Shown here: one piece after another, positions 10,871-24,845 of the stretch
How positions within the stretch are numbered: the stretch's first letter is position 1
Layout of the letters: each line of letters opens with the position of its first letter
Origin: Eledone cirrhosa
Lineage: Eukaryota
Reading direction: 5' to 3'
DNA: 64,000 nt
Assembly: GCA_964016885.1 (NCBI GenBank)
Contig: OZ024741.1
Span: 240,002,001 to 240,066,000, forward strand
Position numbers and translations under genes: made by a program
The notes under the pieces: generated by a model
Seen by the model: only the letters and a program-made list of their open reading frames with translations
Databases searched by the model: none
What the model was told of the DNA's origin: nothing

Positions 10871-12535
10871 TACAACTTAGTCATTTTTCACTTTTCATTA
10901 ATCTACCTTATTCTTACTGAATATATCATAATTAGCAGTGTGAGATATTTATCACATAGCTACACATATATTGAAAGTATATTAATGACAAATAAGATAA
11001 TAATTTATATCATTTCAGGATAATGATTTATGTATAATAAACATATATTCTTCATTGTGGGTTGACTAAAGGCTAAACAACAACAATAACAATGATGATG
11101 ACATCATAGGTTTGCATTCTTCAATCAAATATAAATCACCCCAATAAAGGAAATAATATTGAAAATAATAATTAATGATATTTTAGTGAAACCTACTTAA
11201 ATTTAATTAATATAATTGGTTATTTTTTTACATCCAAAGATATGTAATATATAGTAACATGTTATATAAGCAAAATGAACATTGTGGAGCAGTTAGTGAG
11301 TTATTAGCAAATGTAGGAATATTGTATTAATTCATTTATAAATGATATAAACAACACAGGAAAATGAAACAGCAAAATATATTCGTGTACAGTCACAACA
11401 GAAGCTAAATTTGTGTATGTCTTTCTTTTTACAATGAAGTCGAAACAAAGACAGAAACATAGGCATAAAATGTAACAAAGTGGTACATAAGGAATATGAA
11501 AAATATATGAAATAAATATTTAGATTATATTTTTAAATTAACAACATAAAATTCTAAAACATGTTCTGAATATTAGACAATATATTTTTCCTGATATAAA
11601 TAATCGATGATGATAATAATAGATGATATAATAATGTTAAAACATTATCTAAAGCTGGAAATAATATTGCTCCAAAAATAAAAGAAAATAAAGCAAGAAA
11701 GATTAAACATTTTGATAGGATTTACTTGGATATGAAGTTTTCAATTAAATTTTATTATAAAAGAAAAATGACTTATTAAAATGTAAATATATATTTGTAT
11801 AATTTGTAAATGAAAAAAAAAAATATGCATCACAAGAGAAACATGTATACATATAAATAAACATCTTTTCACATATTTAAAATAAAACCAGAAATATCAC
11901 AATATATGCTACCATCTCCATTCCTGAGAGTTATATATATCCTAATATGTCCACCATTATCCCAAACTGGGCAATTCACAAAACTATGATCCTTTTGCAT
12001 ATGATGGAAGACAGGGATCAGTAGCAGAAGCTGACTGCCAAAACATCTAAGTCAATAACCAATTGCACAAGTTATACCTAGATGAGGATGATGATGATCC
12101 CTAACCCAAATCTACAACACACTACTACCTCATCACTACTAAAAATTTACACATTATAACCAGATTTAAAACATTGTAGAATATATTTTACTAACCATCT
12201 TAAAATATTTCGTATATAATCTACTATACAGACACAACATTACATTATTATTACAATAAAAACAAACACACATTACAACACTGCATTATATTGACCGTCC
12301 TCTATTGTTACTGATCAATATATTTAACAAATATTATATAAACAGATAATATTGTTTCGATGGAACACTTCATTGTGATATAAAGCAATATGTACAACAT
12401 TACTGAAAAATAAGTGAATTATTGTTTAATCTCTTTGTTCTCAAGTTAATATTAAATATGTTAGAACAATATCTTACAGATTTACTGAGATTTAGTATAT
12501 AAAATGAGATTATAAAAGATTAAATAAAAACTTAC

Positions 12536-12970
12536 CTCTTTAATAATTATATCATTGGTTATTCAGTGAGAATAGAAAGATGTATTGTTGTAGAAAGCTC
12601 CATTGTAAGTGCTGCTGTAATGGTGTGTGACAATGGCTGTATGTTGATGGAGTAGTGTAGCACGTCAGGCAGATAGTCTGCTGCTAGGATAGGGTTGTGT
12701 GTTATTGAAGTTGTATGTTTGTGGCAGTACATCTCTCTAATAATATTGTGTATGTATTTATCCTTAATTATGATGTTTGTTTACTGTTATCAATAACTAT
12801 TTACATATATTTAAATAGCTACAATATTCTCTAGTTAAACATAACATAAATGTTTGGTTTAATAACATCAGCAATGTGAATGTTTCTCTTTGTTAGTGAT
12901 TCCTGTCAATGTTTTAGTGAGAATCTGATTGGTTGAATTACCTAAACATAAAACCAATGACAGATGTTCT
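12536..12970 (-). promoter_or_regulatory. Promoter/leader exon module for G1
   Basis: Same conserved block; ATTGG 12928, CCAAT 12954; GTAAGT donor at 12535. Confidence 0.65.
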
Positions 12971-13486
12971 CTTTAATATTAATTTGTTTCCATGACGTAG
13001 ACAGCTTCAGTTTATAACTGGGTATAAGTGTGATGGTGTGACATTCATACCGCATTCATGAGCCTTAGTAACTATATATTATTAAATGTATATATTATTT
13101 TAAAATACATTTCACATTAAATATTTTTTAAAAAATGACGATTTTTTAGCTAAAATTTGAATTTATTTTCTATTATTAAACATTTAAAAAGGAAAATTTA
13201 CAAAAGATACTTTTGATTTCCTACTCCCCACCATACCTGTAGTTTCTTGCAGAAATTAATGTAAATGGAAGGTACATTGCAAACATAATATTTGAGATGT
13301 TCTGAATTGAATATATCTACATAATAATGATTGATTGCTTATCTATAAAATATAAGTTTTAGCTATTAAAATAACGTTTTGGCTCAATTATAGACACCTG
13401 TGTTTAGTAGAATACACACTGCTATATGTGCATATACATTTTATATTCATCTAAAGAAAGATAGTTATATCACTTCAGTAATATAA

Positions 13487-13563
13487 TTATACATGTTTCA
13501 CTGGTGTTTCTTCACTGGAATCTTTTGATGTAGATGTATCATTGTTTTTATATATATTTTGAT
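13487..13563 (-). CDS. Pcdh: G2 last coding exon
   Basis: Same 77-nt exon, TAG acceptor, synonymous CCT/CCA change vs G1. Confidence 0.75.
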
Positions 13564-13781
13564 CTAGAATTTATATAGAAAATAATATTTTAGAATATTA
13601 TGAATGAGAGACATGTATACATTTAATTCATGACAATATGCAATGGAAAATATGTGTTCAATTATAAATAAATCTTATATTTCTATGAATTATTAACAAT
13701 ATAATATATGATAGAAAGAGCTTTTAAAACAAATTTCAATACGAGATATGAAAGTCAAATATAACAAATGGAGGTATTAAC

Positions 13782-13947
13782 CTGATATCCCTGGTATTTC
13801 TTCATAATGTTTCATATCACCTTCATTCAATACACGTCTACTACTTCTCTTAGATGACATTGTATCTGATGTATAGTTACAAACTATAGGAGGATTATCT
13901 TCCACAGCATCATCACTTGATGTCACCACAACAGGTTGACAATATTT
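13782..13947 (-). CDS. Pcdh: G2 cytoplasmic exon
   Basis: CAG acceptor, 166 nt, paralog of 5644-5809. Confidence 0.85.
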
Positions 13948-14127
13948 CTGTTGACAAACAAACCAAGAGAAATGTGAGGAGACATCAAACAATGCTAGTT
14001 ACAATAAACATGTAGTTTACAATTTAATATTGTACTATATTATTGAAGATAAAACATTGTTAAAATAATCTTATTGTTTATCTTTTACATATAAAGTAGA
14101 GATAGAAAATATAATCTTTTCACTTAC

Positions 14128-16503
14128 TTGGGTAGGTTTTGGTAAAGTTCTTGACTGAACTGAAGCTTCATATTTATTCTGTAGCTGACCTTCTGAATAA
14201 CATTCACTCTTTGATCTCTCAGAATATATATTTCTTTTTATCATCTCTTCTGTATTCCTTGACATAGCAACAGGATTGTTAGACTGATACAACAATTGTT
14301 TCATCTCTGTTCTACCTTGGTATGCTGTAGTCTTTGTTGTAGTAGCTGTGTTATCTCTGTGTTTAATACATTTCATTATACACAGTGTTATAGAAACAAC
14401 AATAGCCACTGATACTATTACTGCTGATGACACAATGATAATAACCCATGTCATATGGACTCTACCTGAAGATTGTATAGGTACACTTTTCAACATTGGT
14501 GATGTCTCATTACTAACAGCCAATACCAAAGTCACACTAGTTGTTGATGACTGAACTGGACTACCACTGTCTTTTACAACAAACTTTAGTTCATAACTTC
14601 CAGCATCATTTAGATAAACTTGTCTGGAGAATGATAAAGCACCACTGTGTGAGTTCATAGTAAACAACTGTTTATTATTTCCTTGTATGATTCCATATGT
14701 GAGGAAAGCATTGTTTCCACTGTCACCATCAGATGCTCTCAAAACTGTGATGTCACTTTTACTCTGGGGATGGTAGTGGACATTTAGGGTGTAAGGGTCA
14801 ACACTAGGAAAGGTGAAATATGGAACATTGTCATTTTGATCTAAAATCTCAACAACAACATTAGCTGTGTCATTTAGAGATGGACTTCCATTATCTTTGA
14901 CAAAAACTTCAAATTTATACACATCTTGTTTCTCTCTGTCTAATGACATGGTGGCTGAAATAAAGCCATAACTGGTGATCAGAAATGGTAGATTTGATTT
15001 TTCTTTATGTATCAGAGAATATGTGAGTTGTCCAGCAGATCCAAGGTCAGGGTCAGTGGCATTGACAAAACCAATAGGGAAGTCTTTATCTTTGTTTTCA
15101 TAGGTCAGGAATTGGAATGTATCTTTGGTAAACTGTGGTTGTACATCATTAATATCAGTCACTTGGATAGAGAGAGTTTTAACACTTTTAAGAGGTGGTA
15201 ATCCTTTATCTTGACAGGAGACAGGAATGTTATAGTGTCCTTGTGTTTCTCTGTCTACTGGTTTATTTAGAACTATTTTATATTCTTTAGATCCCATTGA
15301 CTGTAGTTTGAATGTATCATGTTTGATATCACAGCTGACCTCTCCATTTTGTCCAACATCATTGTCAGTGACCATCACATAAGCAATGAAACTACCAACT
15401 TTGATCTTCTCAGAAATGGTTCCTGAGTTATAATTGAGAGAAGAAACATAATCTATATCAATAGATGGAGGGTTGTTGTGTTGATTGATAACATTTACCA
15501 GAACTGTTGCTATGGAACTGAAGGGAGGGTTACCCCCATCTCTGGCCTCAATAAATAGTTCATAGGTTTTCTTTTTCCCCAAAGTTGAATATTTACTTAA
15601 GAAAATGTTTCCACTGGTTTCATTTAACTGAAAATAACTTTTTGTTAGATCTGATGTTTTGGGGCTAAAATGGAAAGTAATTTTACCATTTTCACCAGAA
15701 TCAGAATCTTTTACAGATAAAACAATGATAGGTTTAGATTTGTGATGTGTACTTTGTATGGATATATTATATAGAGGTTTAGAAAACTCTGGTGGGTTAT
15801 CATTCACATCTATTATAGAAATATTTATATTTAAAATACCTTGTTTAGATGGTGAACCTCCATCTTTAGCTATGACCTGTAGTAAATATGTATCTTTGAT
15901 TTCTCGATCTAATGAATCTTTCAAAACTATGTTAAGAGAAGAAATACCATCTGCTCTTTTTGTTACTGACAAAGAGAATGGTTCTCCATTCTTGGATTTT
16001 AATTTATATTGTATTAATGAGTTCTGAAAACCTACATCTTTGTCTATGGCATTTGGTAGTGACTGTTTTGTGCCCTTTCCATCTGTTTCTGAGAATTTTA
16101 GAGAAATTTGTTTCTCAGAGAACTCTGGCTGATGGTCATTGATGTCTTCTATTACTATTTTGACTTTTATGATTTTTGTGAAAGTTTCCACTTTCTTTAT
16201 AATAATTTTTACAGTTCTAGAACATTCCTTGTTGAAAGAACAGAGTTTCTCTGCATCCAGTGTCTGAGCAGTGTACAGTTTACCTGTTTTCGTGATATTA
16301 AATAACTGTGCCACTTTTCGTTTAAACTGACTGAATGTTATCAATTGTTGGTCTGATGGTTTAACATTGTCTAAAAGTTTAGAATCAGCAGCAATGTCTG
16401 CTACATATGTTCCTGGACTTCTCTCTTCTTCCACATGGTAGGTAAGGTCTATGGTCAGAACACAGTGGACCATTGATAATACAATAGACAATGACAGTAA
16501 CAT
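14128..16503 (-). CDS. Pcdh: G2 protocadherin large exon (792 codons)
   Basis: Intact ORF, 6 EC + TM; CAA|GTAAGT donor. Confidence 0.95.
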
Positions 16504-17059
16504 ATTGTTGCTGATGTTGTGTTGGTAATGGTTAAAGATGTCCAGTTTAGCTGGTAATAGTTACAGATGTCCAGATATATTTGGGAATGAACCTAAAACA
16601 AAAATACAATTTTGACATTAATAAAAAAGGGAAAAAAAGATTGCCACTTTAAAGCATAAAAAGATATTATTGGTGAGGCATGATTATTAGATACAAACTA
16701 TAAAAAAGACAGAGTAATAAAGGTTCCTATTTATCAAAATTCTTTGAAGTCAGATCTTCCACGCAATCTTGTTACATTTATCTCTTGAAAATAGAAATTT
16801 CTGCTGCGATATAACTTAAAGTCTATCTTCAATTAACAGGGTGAACCCTGTTAATATTTGGAATCTATTTTTTGAGGGATTACTTTCTTTTTTCCAATTT
16901 TATATGAATGAAAAAAATTCTAGACTACTTTTGTTGAAGGTCTAAACTTTTCATGGAGAGAGAGAGAGAGAGAGAGAGAGGTAGGGAGGGAGCGGGAGAA
17001 AAAGAGAGAGAGAATTATCAACGCTATTTATTTATTGATCTTGAAAGCCTGAATGATGT

Positions 17060-17510
17060 ATCCATGTATCCTGCAGTGTGAGAAGTGTCATGATTTATGG
17101 GACTGAGTCATAGGTCATGTATATGGACAAAGAAAGAAGGCTGGAAAGATCAGAAATGAAAAGGGTCCAGTGGATGAGCAGAGTATCAATCAGCGAGAGG
17201 AAGACAAACAATTGCTGAGGATAATAGGAATAGAATCAGTAGTGAATATTATGAGGATAAATCGACTAAGATGGTTGGGTCATGTGTTGAGGAAAAAATG
17301 AAAATCATTGGGTAAGGGTGAGAGGAGAGGTGGAAAACACTGTTGAAGGAATTAAAGGAAGAAGAGAAGAAAGGCATGGCTAAAGATGAGGGGAAGGAAA
17401 TGAAAGCTAGGCAGTTGGTGGAGGGGGATGTAGATGATAGAAAAAACGGAGAAGCTTGACATAAGGTCCATATGGCTAATGGCTGCTTTAGTAGGGGAAA
17501 TGGCCTTAAA
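17060..17510 (+). mobile_element. Degenerate RTE-like LINE 3' fragment
   Basis: Remnant peptides VRSVMIYGTES, RRLERSEM, NRLRWLGHVLR. Confidence 0.65.
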
Positions 17511-19044
17511 ACAGTTGTACTTTTTGTTATAAAAGGATAACATGCAAGTTTGATATTGATAGGAATTGAACTCAGAGCTCAGTGAGACAGAACTAATGCT
17601 GCAAGGTATTCTATCTGATTCTTTTACAACTCAGTCAATTTGCTGACTTATTTTAAAGTATAGATAATTTTGAACTAAGAAGATAAGACTTTCAGTAATT
17701 GTAAATCATTTACTGACTTCATTATGATATATACAACCAGAAATATCTAGTGGCATATATTAGAAATCTAAAAGATACACATGTATACATACACATGCAA
17801 ACAGATATATACACATCAATCCATTGAATTGTAGTTATTATATGTATATATGGACCTGTAATTTCTGGTGGAGTCAAAACGGCACCATAGTGACATACAA
17901 CATTTCATGGATATGTTAGTCTGGTGGAACCCATCCCCTTTCCAGGTCTGAACAGGGCCAATTCCTTTCAGAGAAAAGGAGAGAAAGTGGTAGAAAGGAA
18001 GTGAGAAAGACATATGGAAGAAGAATTGATCCCAGTACTGAACTAGTACATTTTTTTTATTGACCTCAATAAGGATTAATGTCAAAGTTGACCTCAGTAG
18101 GATTTGAACTAAGAGTGCAGAGAGCCAGAATATATATCTGATTTCCTAACAACTCTGCCAATTTGCAACCATATATTGTAGTTTTTCTGCTGTATATAGC
18201 AAAATAAATAAGTTTCAACTATTTTATAAATATCTTTCAATAATTCTTATGATTTATACATAGTACATTTCTATTTCAATAAATGATATCATATATGATA
18301 TTAATTTAATAAGATTTAACATCAATCTAAATATATCAAAGAATATAAAATGATAAAAGTGTGATTAATGTTCATAATTAAATTTCCTCTCCAAACACAT
18401 TTAATATATATTTTTTACAAACACTTATAAATCTTTTTTAATTAGAAACTAAAATATTTTCTACACACTGAACCAATTTAAAAGCAAAGGTGATACCTAA
18501 CAATATGTTCATAATCTACGACAACATAGAGCTATTTTCTTTCATGGCCAGACAGCTGTGAATTCTAATATGTCTGCCATTATGCCATGCCCGTTTCTTT
18601 AACACATTATTACCTTATCACTTGCTAATAATCTATCCACTATAACCAGATTTAAATACATTGTAGAATATTTTTTCATATTTTAATCTAAATATGTTTA
18701 CATCTTTGATAAACCATCAACTATACAGATATAATATAACATCTTCATTACAACAAAAACATACACTAAAACACTACATTATATAGACTGCTCTCTATTG
18801 TTACTGATCAATAAATGTAACAAATATTATTTTCACAGATAAAATTGTTTCTATAGAATAAAGTCTAAATATTAAACATTTTAATCAACATCAGCAAATT
18901 GTGATATAAAACAATATCAAAAACCTTACTGAAAAATATATATGAATTATTGTTCAATCTCTTTGTTCTCATGTTAATATTAAATATGTTAGAAAAATAT
19001 CTTACAGATTTACTGAGATTATAAAAGATTAAATAGAAACTTAC

Positions 19045-19480
19045 CTCTTTAATAATTATATCCTTGGTTATTCAGTGAGAACAGAAAGACGTATTGTAGT
19101 AGAAAGTCCCATTGTAAGTGCTGCTGTAATGGTGTGTGACAATGGCTGTATGTTGATGGAGTAGTGTAGCACGTCAGGCAGATAGTCTGCTGCTAGGATA
19201 GGGTTGTGTGTGTTATTGAAGTTGTATGTTTGTGGCAGCACATCTCTCTAATAATATTGTGTGTGTATTTAACCTTAAAGATGATGTTTGTTTACTGTTA
19301 TCAAAAAGTATTTACATATATTTAAATAGCTACAATATTCTATAGTTAAACATAACATAAATGTTTGGTTTAATAACATCAGTAATGTGAATGTTTCTCT
19401 TTGTTGGTGATTTCTGTCTATGTTTAGTGAGAATCTGATTGGTTGAATGACCTAAACAGAAGACCAATGACAATGTTCTT
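19045..19480 (-). promoter_or_regulatory. Promoter/leader exon module for G2
   Basis: Conserved block; ATTGG 19438, CCAAT 19464; donor at 19044. Confidence 0.65.
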
Positions 19481-19837
19481 TTCAAATTGATTTATTTTAG
19501 TGAGACTAAAGATTTTATATTAATAGTAAAAAGTAAAATAGATTCTGTGATGTTCATGAACATCATTTAATTTTTTTCTTATCTGGTAATAAGGAGCCTC
19601 CTACAAATCAAATGTTTATTGGAAAATAGAAAACTAATTTCATCGCATTTTCCTTGCATAGTAGAAAAGATTTGATTAATATTTTCAATTAAAATTATAT
19701 TTATTCCTACGTTAATAAAAATACATTCCATTGCTTAAAGAAATTTATCCTTAGGTAACTTATTAACATACTTATTCTAATGCGCACACACATATCTGAA
19801 TGTGCGTGTGTGTGTGTATGTCACTTCAGTAATATAA

Positions 19838-19914
19838 TTATACATGTTTCACTGGTGTTTCTTCACTGGAATTTTTTGATGTAGATGTATCATTGTTTTT
19901 ATATATATTTTGAT
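19838..19914 (-). CDS. Pcdh: G3 last coding exon
   Basis: Same 77-nt exon, tttcag acceptor. Confidence 0.75.
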
Positions 19915-20233
19915 CTGAAAATTAAAAAATAATGGATTTAATGAAATATTTTTCAATTACCATACCATTATTAATTCTAATTTACAAAAGAAATACGCAC
20001 TACAAAATTATGCTAATTATATCAAAATAAATAACAAACACCTCAATAAGATAACAGCTTTTCCCAAGTCTCTTAGCAGAAAAGAATTTCTAGGAACCAA
20101 ATGAGTAAATGAGAAAATTCATTCATACTAACTATAAATTCAGAATTTGTCAAAAATGATTGTTAATAAATATCTATATTTGAGATGTTATTACAGTAAA
20201 ATATTGTTTTAAGTAAAAATTGAAGTTATTAAC

Positions 20234-20399
20234 CTGATATTCCTGGTAATTCTTCATAATGTTTCATATCACCTTCATTCAATACACGTCTACTACTTCT
20301 CTTAGATGACATTGTATCTGATGTATAGTTACAAACTATAGGAGGATTATCTTCCACAGCATCATCACTTGATGTCACCACAACAGGTTGACAATATTT
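20234..20399 (-). CDS. Pcdh: G3 cytoplasmic exon (YEEL variant)
   Basis: CAG acceptor, 166 nt. Confidence 0.85.
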
Positions 20400-20582
20400 C
20401 TGTTGACAAATAAACCAAGAGAAATGTGAGGAGACATCAAACAATGCTAGTTACAATAAATATGTAGTTTACAATTTAATATTGGACTATATTATTGAAG
20501 ATAAAACATTGTTAAAATAATCTTATAGTTTATCTTTTACATATAAAGTGAAGAAAGAAAATATGTTAATCTTTTCACTTAC

Positions 20583-22958
20583 TGGGGTAGGTTTTGGTAA
20601 AGTTCTTGACTGAACTGAAGCTTCATATTTATTCTGTAGCTGACCTTCTGAATAACATTCACTCTTTGATCTCTCAGAATATATATTTCTTTTTATCAAC
20701 TCTTCTGTATTCCTTGACATAGCAACAGGATTGTTAGATTGATACAACAATTGTTTCATCTCTGTTCTACCTTGGTATGCTGTAGTCTTTGTTGTAGTAG
20801 CTGTGTTATCTCTGTGTTTAATACATTTCATTATACACAGTGTTATAGAAACAACAATAGCCACTGATACTATTACTGCTGATGATACAATGATAATAAC
20901 CCATGTCATATGGACTCTACCTGAAGATTGTATAGGTACACTTTTCAACATTGGTGATGTCTCATTACTAACAGCCAATACCAAAGTCACACTAGTTGTT
21001 GATGACTGAACTGGACTACCACTGTCTTTTACAACAAACTTTAGTTCATAACTTCCAGCATCATTTAGATAAACTTGTCTGGAGAAGGATAAAGCACCAC
21101 TGTGTGAGTTCATAGTAAACAATTGTTTATTATTTCCTTGTATGATTCCATATATGAGGAAAGCATTGTTTCCACTGTCACCATCAGATGCTCTCAAAAC
21201 TGTGATGTCACTCTTACTCTGGGGATGGTAGTGGACATTTAGGGTGTAAGGGTCAACACTAGGAAAGGTGAAATATGGAACATTGTCATTTTGATCTAAA
21301 ATCTCAACAACAACATTGGCTGTGTCATTCAGAGATGGACTTCCATTATCTTTGACAAAAACTTCAAATTTATACACATCTTGTTTCTCTCTGTCTAATG
21401 ACATGGTGGCTGAAATAAAGCCATAACCTGTGATCAGAAATGGTAGATTTGATTTTTCTTTATGTAGCAGAGAATATGTGAGTTGTCCAGCAGATCCAAG
21501 GTCAGGGTCAGTGGCATTGACAAAACCAATAGGGAAGTCTTTATCTTTGTTTTCATAGGTCAGGAATTGGAATGTATCTTTGGTAAACTGTGGTTGTACA
21601 TCATTGATATCAGTCACTTGGATAGAGAGAGTTTTAACACTTTTAAGAGGTGGTAATCCTTTATCTTGACATGAGACAGGAATGTTATAGTGTCCTTGTG
21701 TTTCTCTGTCTACTGGTTTGTTTAGAACTATTTTATATTCTTTAGATCCCATTGACTGTAGTTTGAATGTATCATGTTTGATATCACAGCTGATCTCTCC
21801 ATTTTGTCCAACATCATTGTCAGTGACCATCACATAAGCAATGAAACTACCAACTTTGATATCTTCAGAAATGGTAGCTGTGTTGTCATTGATAGCAGAA
21901 ACATAATCTATATCAATAGATGGAGGGTTGTTGTGTTGATTGACAATATTTATCAAAACTGTTGCTATGGAACTAAATGGAGGGTTGCCTCCATCTCTGG
22001 CCTCTATAAATAATTCATAGGTTTTCTTTTTTCCTAAACTTGAATATTTACTTAAGTAAATGTTTCCACTAGTTTCATTTAATTCGAAGTAATGTTTTGC
22101 TAGATCTGATGTCTTTGGACTGAAATGGAAAGTAATTTTACCATTTTCACCAAAATCAGAATCTGTTACAGATAAAATAATGATAGGTTTAGATTTGTGA
22201 TGTGTACTTTGTATGGATATATTATATAGAGGTTTTGAAAACTCTGGTGGGTTGTCATTCACATCTATTATAGAGATATTTATATTTAAAATACCTTGTT
22301 TTGATGGTGAACCTCCATCTTTAGCTATGACCTGTAGTAAATATGTATCTTTGATTTCTCTATCTAATGATTCTTTTATAACTATGTTAAGAGAAGAAAT
22401 ACCATCAGCTCTTTTAGAAACAGACAGAGAGAATGGTTCACCATTCTTTGATTTTAATTTATATTGTATTAATGAGTTTTGAAAACCTATATCTTTGTCT
22501 ATGGCATTTGGTAGTGATTGTTTTGTGCCCTTTCCATCTGTTTCTGAGAACCTTAAAAAAATTTGTTTCTTTGGAAATTCAGGCAGATGGTCATTGATAT
22601 CTTCTATTACTATTTTGATTTTTAATATTTTAGTAACACTTCTTCCTTTATTAATAACAACCTTAACTGTTCTAGAACATTCTTTGTTAAATGTACAGAG
22701 CTTCTCTGCATCCAGTGTCTGAGCAGTGTACAGTTTACCTGTTTTGGTGATATTAAATAACTGTGCCACCTTTCGTTTAAATTGACTGAATGTTATCAAT
22801 TGTTGGTCAGATGGTTTAACATTGTCTAAAAGTTTAGAATCAGCAGCAATGTCTGCTACATATGTTCCTGGACTTCTCTCTTCTTCCACATGGTAGGTAA
22901 GGTCTATGGTCAGAACACAGTGTACCATTGATAATACAATGGACAATGACAGTAGCAT
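20583..22958 (-). CDS. Pcdh: G3 protocadherin large exon (792 codons; true ATG at 22958)
   Basis: Intact ORF, 6 EC + TM; ORF-track extension to 23030 crosses the tttcag acceptor at 23022. Confidence 0.95.
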
Positions 22959-23399
22959 ATTGTTGTAGTTGTTGTTGTGTTGGTACTGGTTAATGATGTC
23001 CAGATATGCTGAGGATTGACCCTGAAACAAAAATACAAATTTCTCAATTATAATTTTAGTACATTTCCTGAAGATTAGTAAAAGTATATGCTATATAATT
23101 GTGTTTATAGCCTCATGAAATATATCAGTAATGGTTATATAACATTTCAAGGTCTATCTACCCCATGTGTAGGGACAATAGTGCAAGATCAGAATAACTT
23201 GTGTTGAAGTTCTAGGAAGAGAATGTTACTGAGAGTTGCCAATTTGGAATATATATTGGTTGACCTGCTTAATATGTTCTTCTAAGAGTATAACAAGGTA
23301 GAGTTTCACTGCCATAACAGAACATTAGCTGGAGGTGATACAATTAGAAAATTCAGCAGTCAATATGAGATGTGATTTTGCAGGAATGAAATATAAGGT

Positions 23400-24845
23400 G
23401 TCTTGGCAGTATGTTGGCAAGTGTACCACTGTCAGTCGGTCAGATGACCTTTTTTTATAGGATGGTGGTTGAAGAATGGGTGCTGTTGAAGGACACTGGT
23501 TCATCATGTTTAAATATTGTTTAAATGCCTGTAAATGGAAAGCATGCATATCCACTTCAATGCGTCTAGGTTGCCTGTACATATAACCCATGAAAAATGG
23601 TTCAGAGAAATGTATATTGTTACAAATAACATTAAATTCATTAACAAAAAAAAAAGGAATACCTTGTGATACACTAAAGTTGAGATCACTCACACAAAAA
23701 CTCATATCCAAAAGGTAAGGAATATTATTATGGAGTTCACATGTGAACAGTTTATATGTTCCAACTGAAGTTGTCAAGGGAAAGAGATCACTGATGTGTG
23801 ACAGAAGTTTCTGATAGACCTACCTATATGAAGAAGACAATAGTAAGGATCACTGAGAAAGGTGAAACATTCAAACTGAGGGAGAAGGTGGCTGTATATG
23901 ACTGCTCCCACCCTCTTTGAGATGTTGGATAATAATTAGCACGGTCAGAAAGGTTTCCCTATTTGGGAATATGATGAACTGTATTTAGAACTAAAGGGCT
24001 TTTTGATAGTGCTACTATACTTGTGTGTATGCTTTTGTAGTCAATAGAACTGAATGGAAAGAAAAACAGTATTTCAAAAGTTGGGTTGTGTTAGTGTTCT
24101 GGGTTATCATAGATGTGCTTGAGTGATATAGTTTGTCATGTAGTTGGTGGCTTGTGGCTTGTGTGATACCTATTATAATTCAAAATGTGCTATCTTGTGT
24201 TCCTAATAGTTCTTTTTTTAAAGAAACTGTGAAGCTAGGCATGTTTGTTATAACCTTTGATGTATCTAATATATTTTCTATATATAAATGTTGTTTCTTT
24301 GTATTGACCAAATATACTAACTATGAGCACTCTATGTATGTTTATGTCTTGTTTTACTTTAGTGTGTCTTCTACATTTCAGTGAAGGTTGTAAAGCAGTG
24401 TGGGTGGTTATGTTGCTAATTGTGATGTTTGGTTCTGATGTTCTGCAGTGTTGCTAATAAGAATGGAGAGTATGAGCTATATTCAGTATATTTGTTTAGA
24501 ACCAGGTTTCTAGTTCAGTTGGGGTAGTTGTATAGCTCTGTGATGGGAATGGTAAATGCAACAATTCCCATTTTGCATCTCCCAACAAGTCAGGTGTGAG
24601 ATCAATGCAGAATATGATTTGCTACATGGGGAAAAGCACTAAGGAATTTATATGAGAAGGTTTTCTGGTCATGAAATGCACTGTGTAAATCAAATTTGTT
24701 TTTGTAATGTTACAGATGCACCTATTGGCTTTTATGTGAACCATTATTTTATCATGAATTTGAGAATTTTAACCCTTCATGGTTTTAATTACCTCACCAC
24801 TAAATTGATTGGATATTTTTTAGCAAAAGAACAGAATGTATGACG
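23400..24845 (+). mobile_element. Possible highly decayed Penelope-like element (3' part duplicated at 1-625)
   Basis: Remnants KGIPCDTLKLR and YMGKSTKEF/RRFSGH...DAPIG resemble Penelope RT thumb and GIY-YIG motifs; weak. Confidence 0.3.

Noticed and set aside
22959-23030. N-terminal extensions of G3 and G5
   Set aside because: Non-ATG starts upstream of the splice acceptor; UTR lengths differ in phase among paralogs
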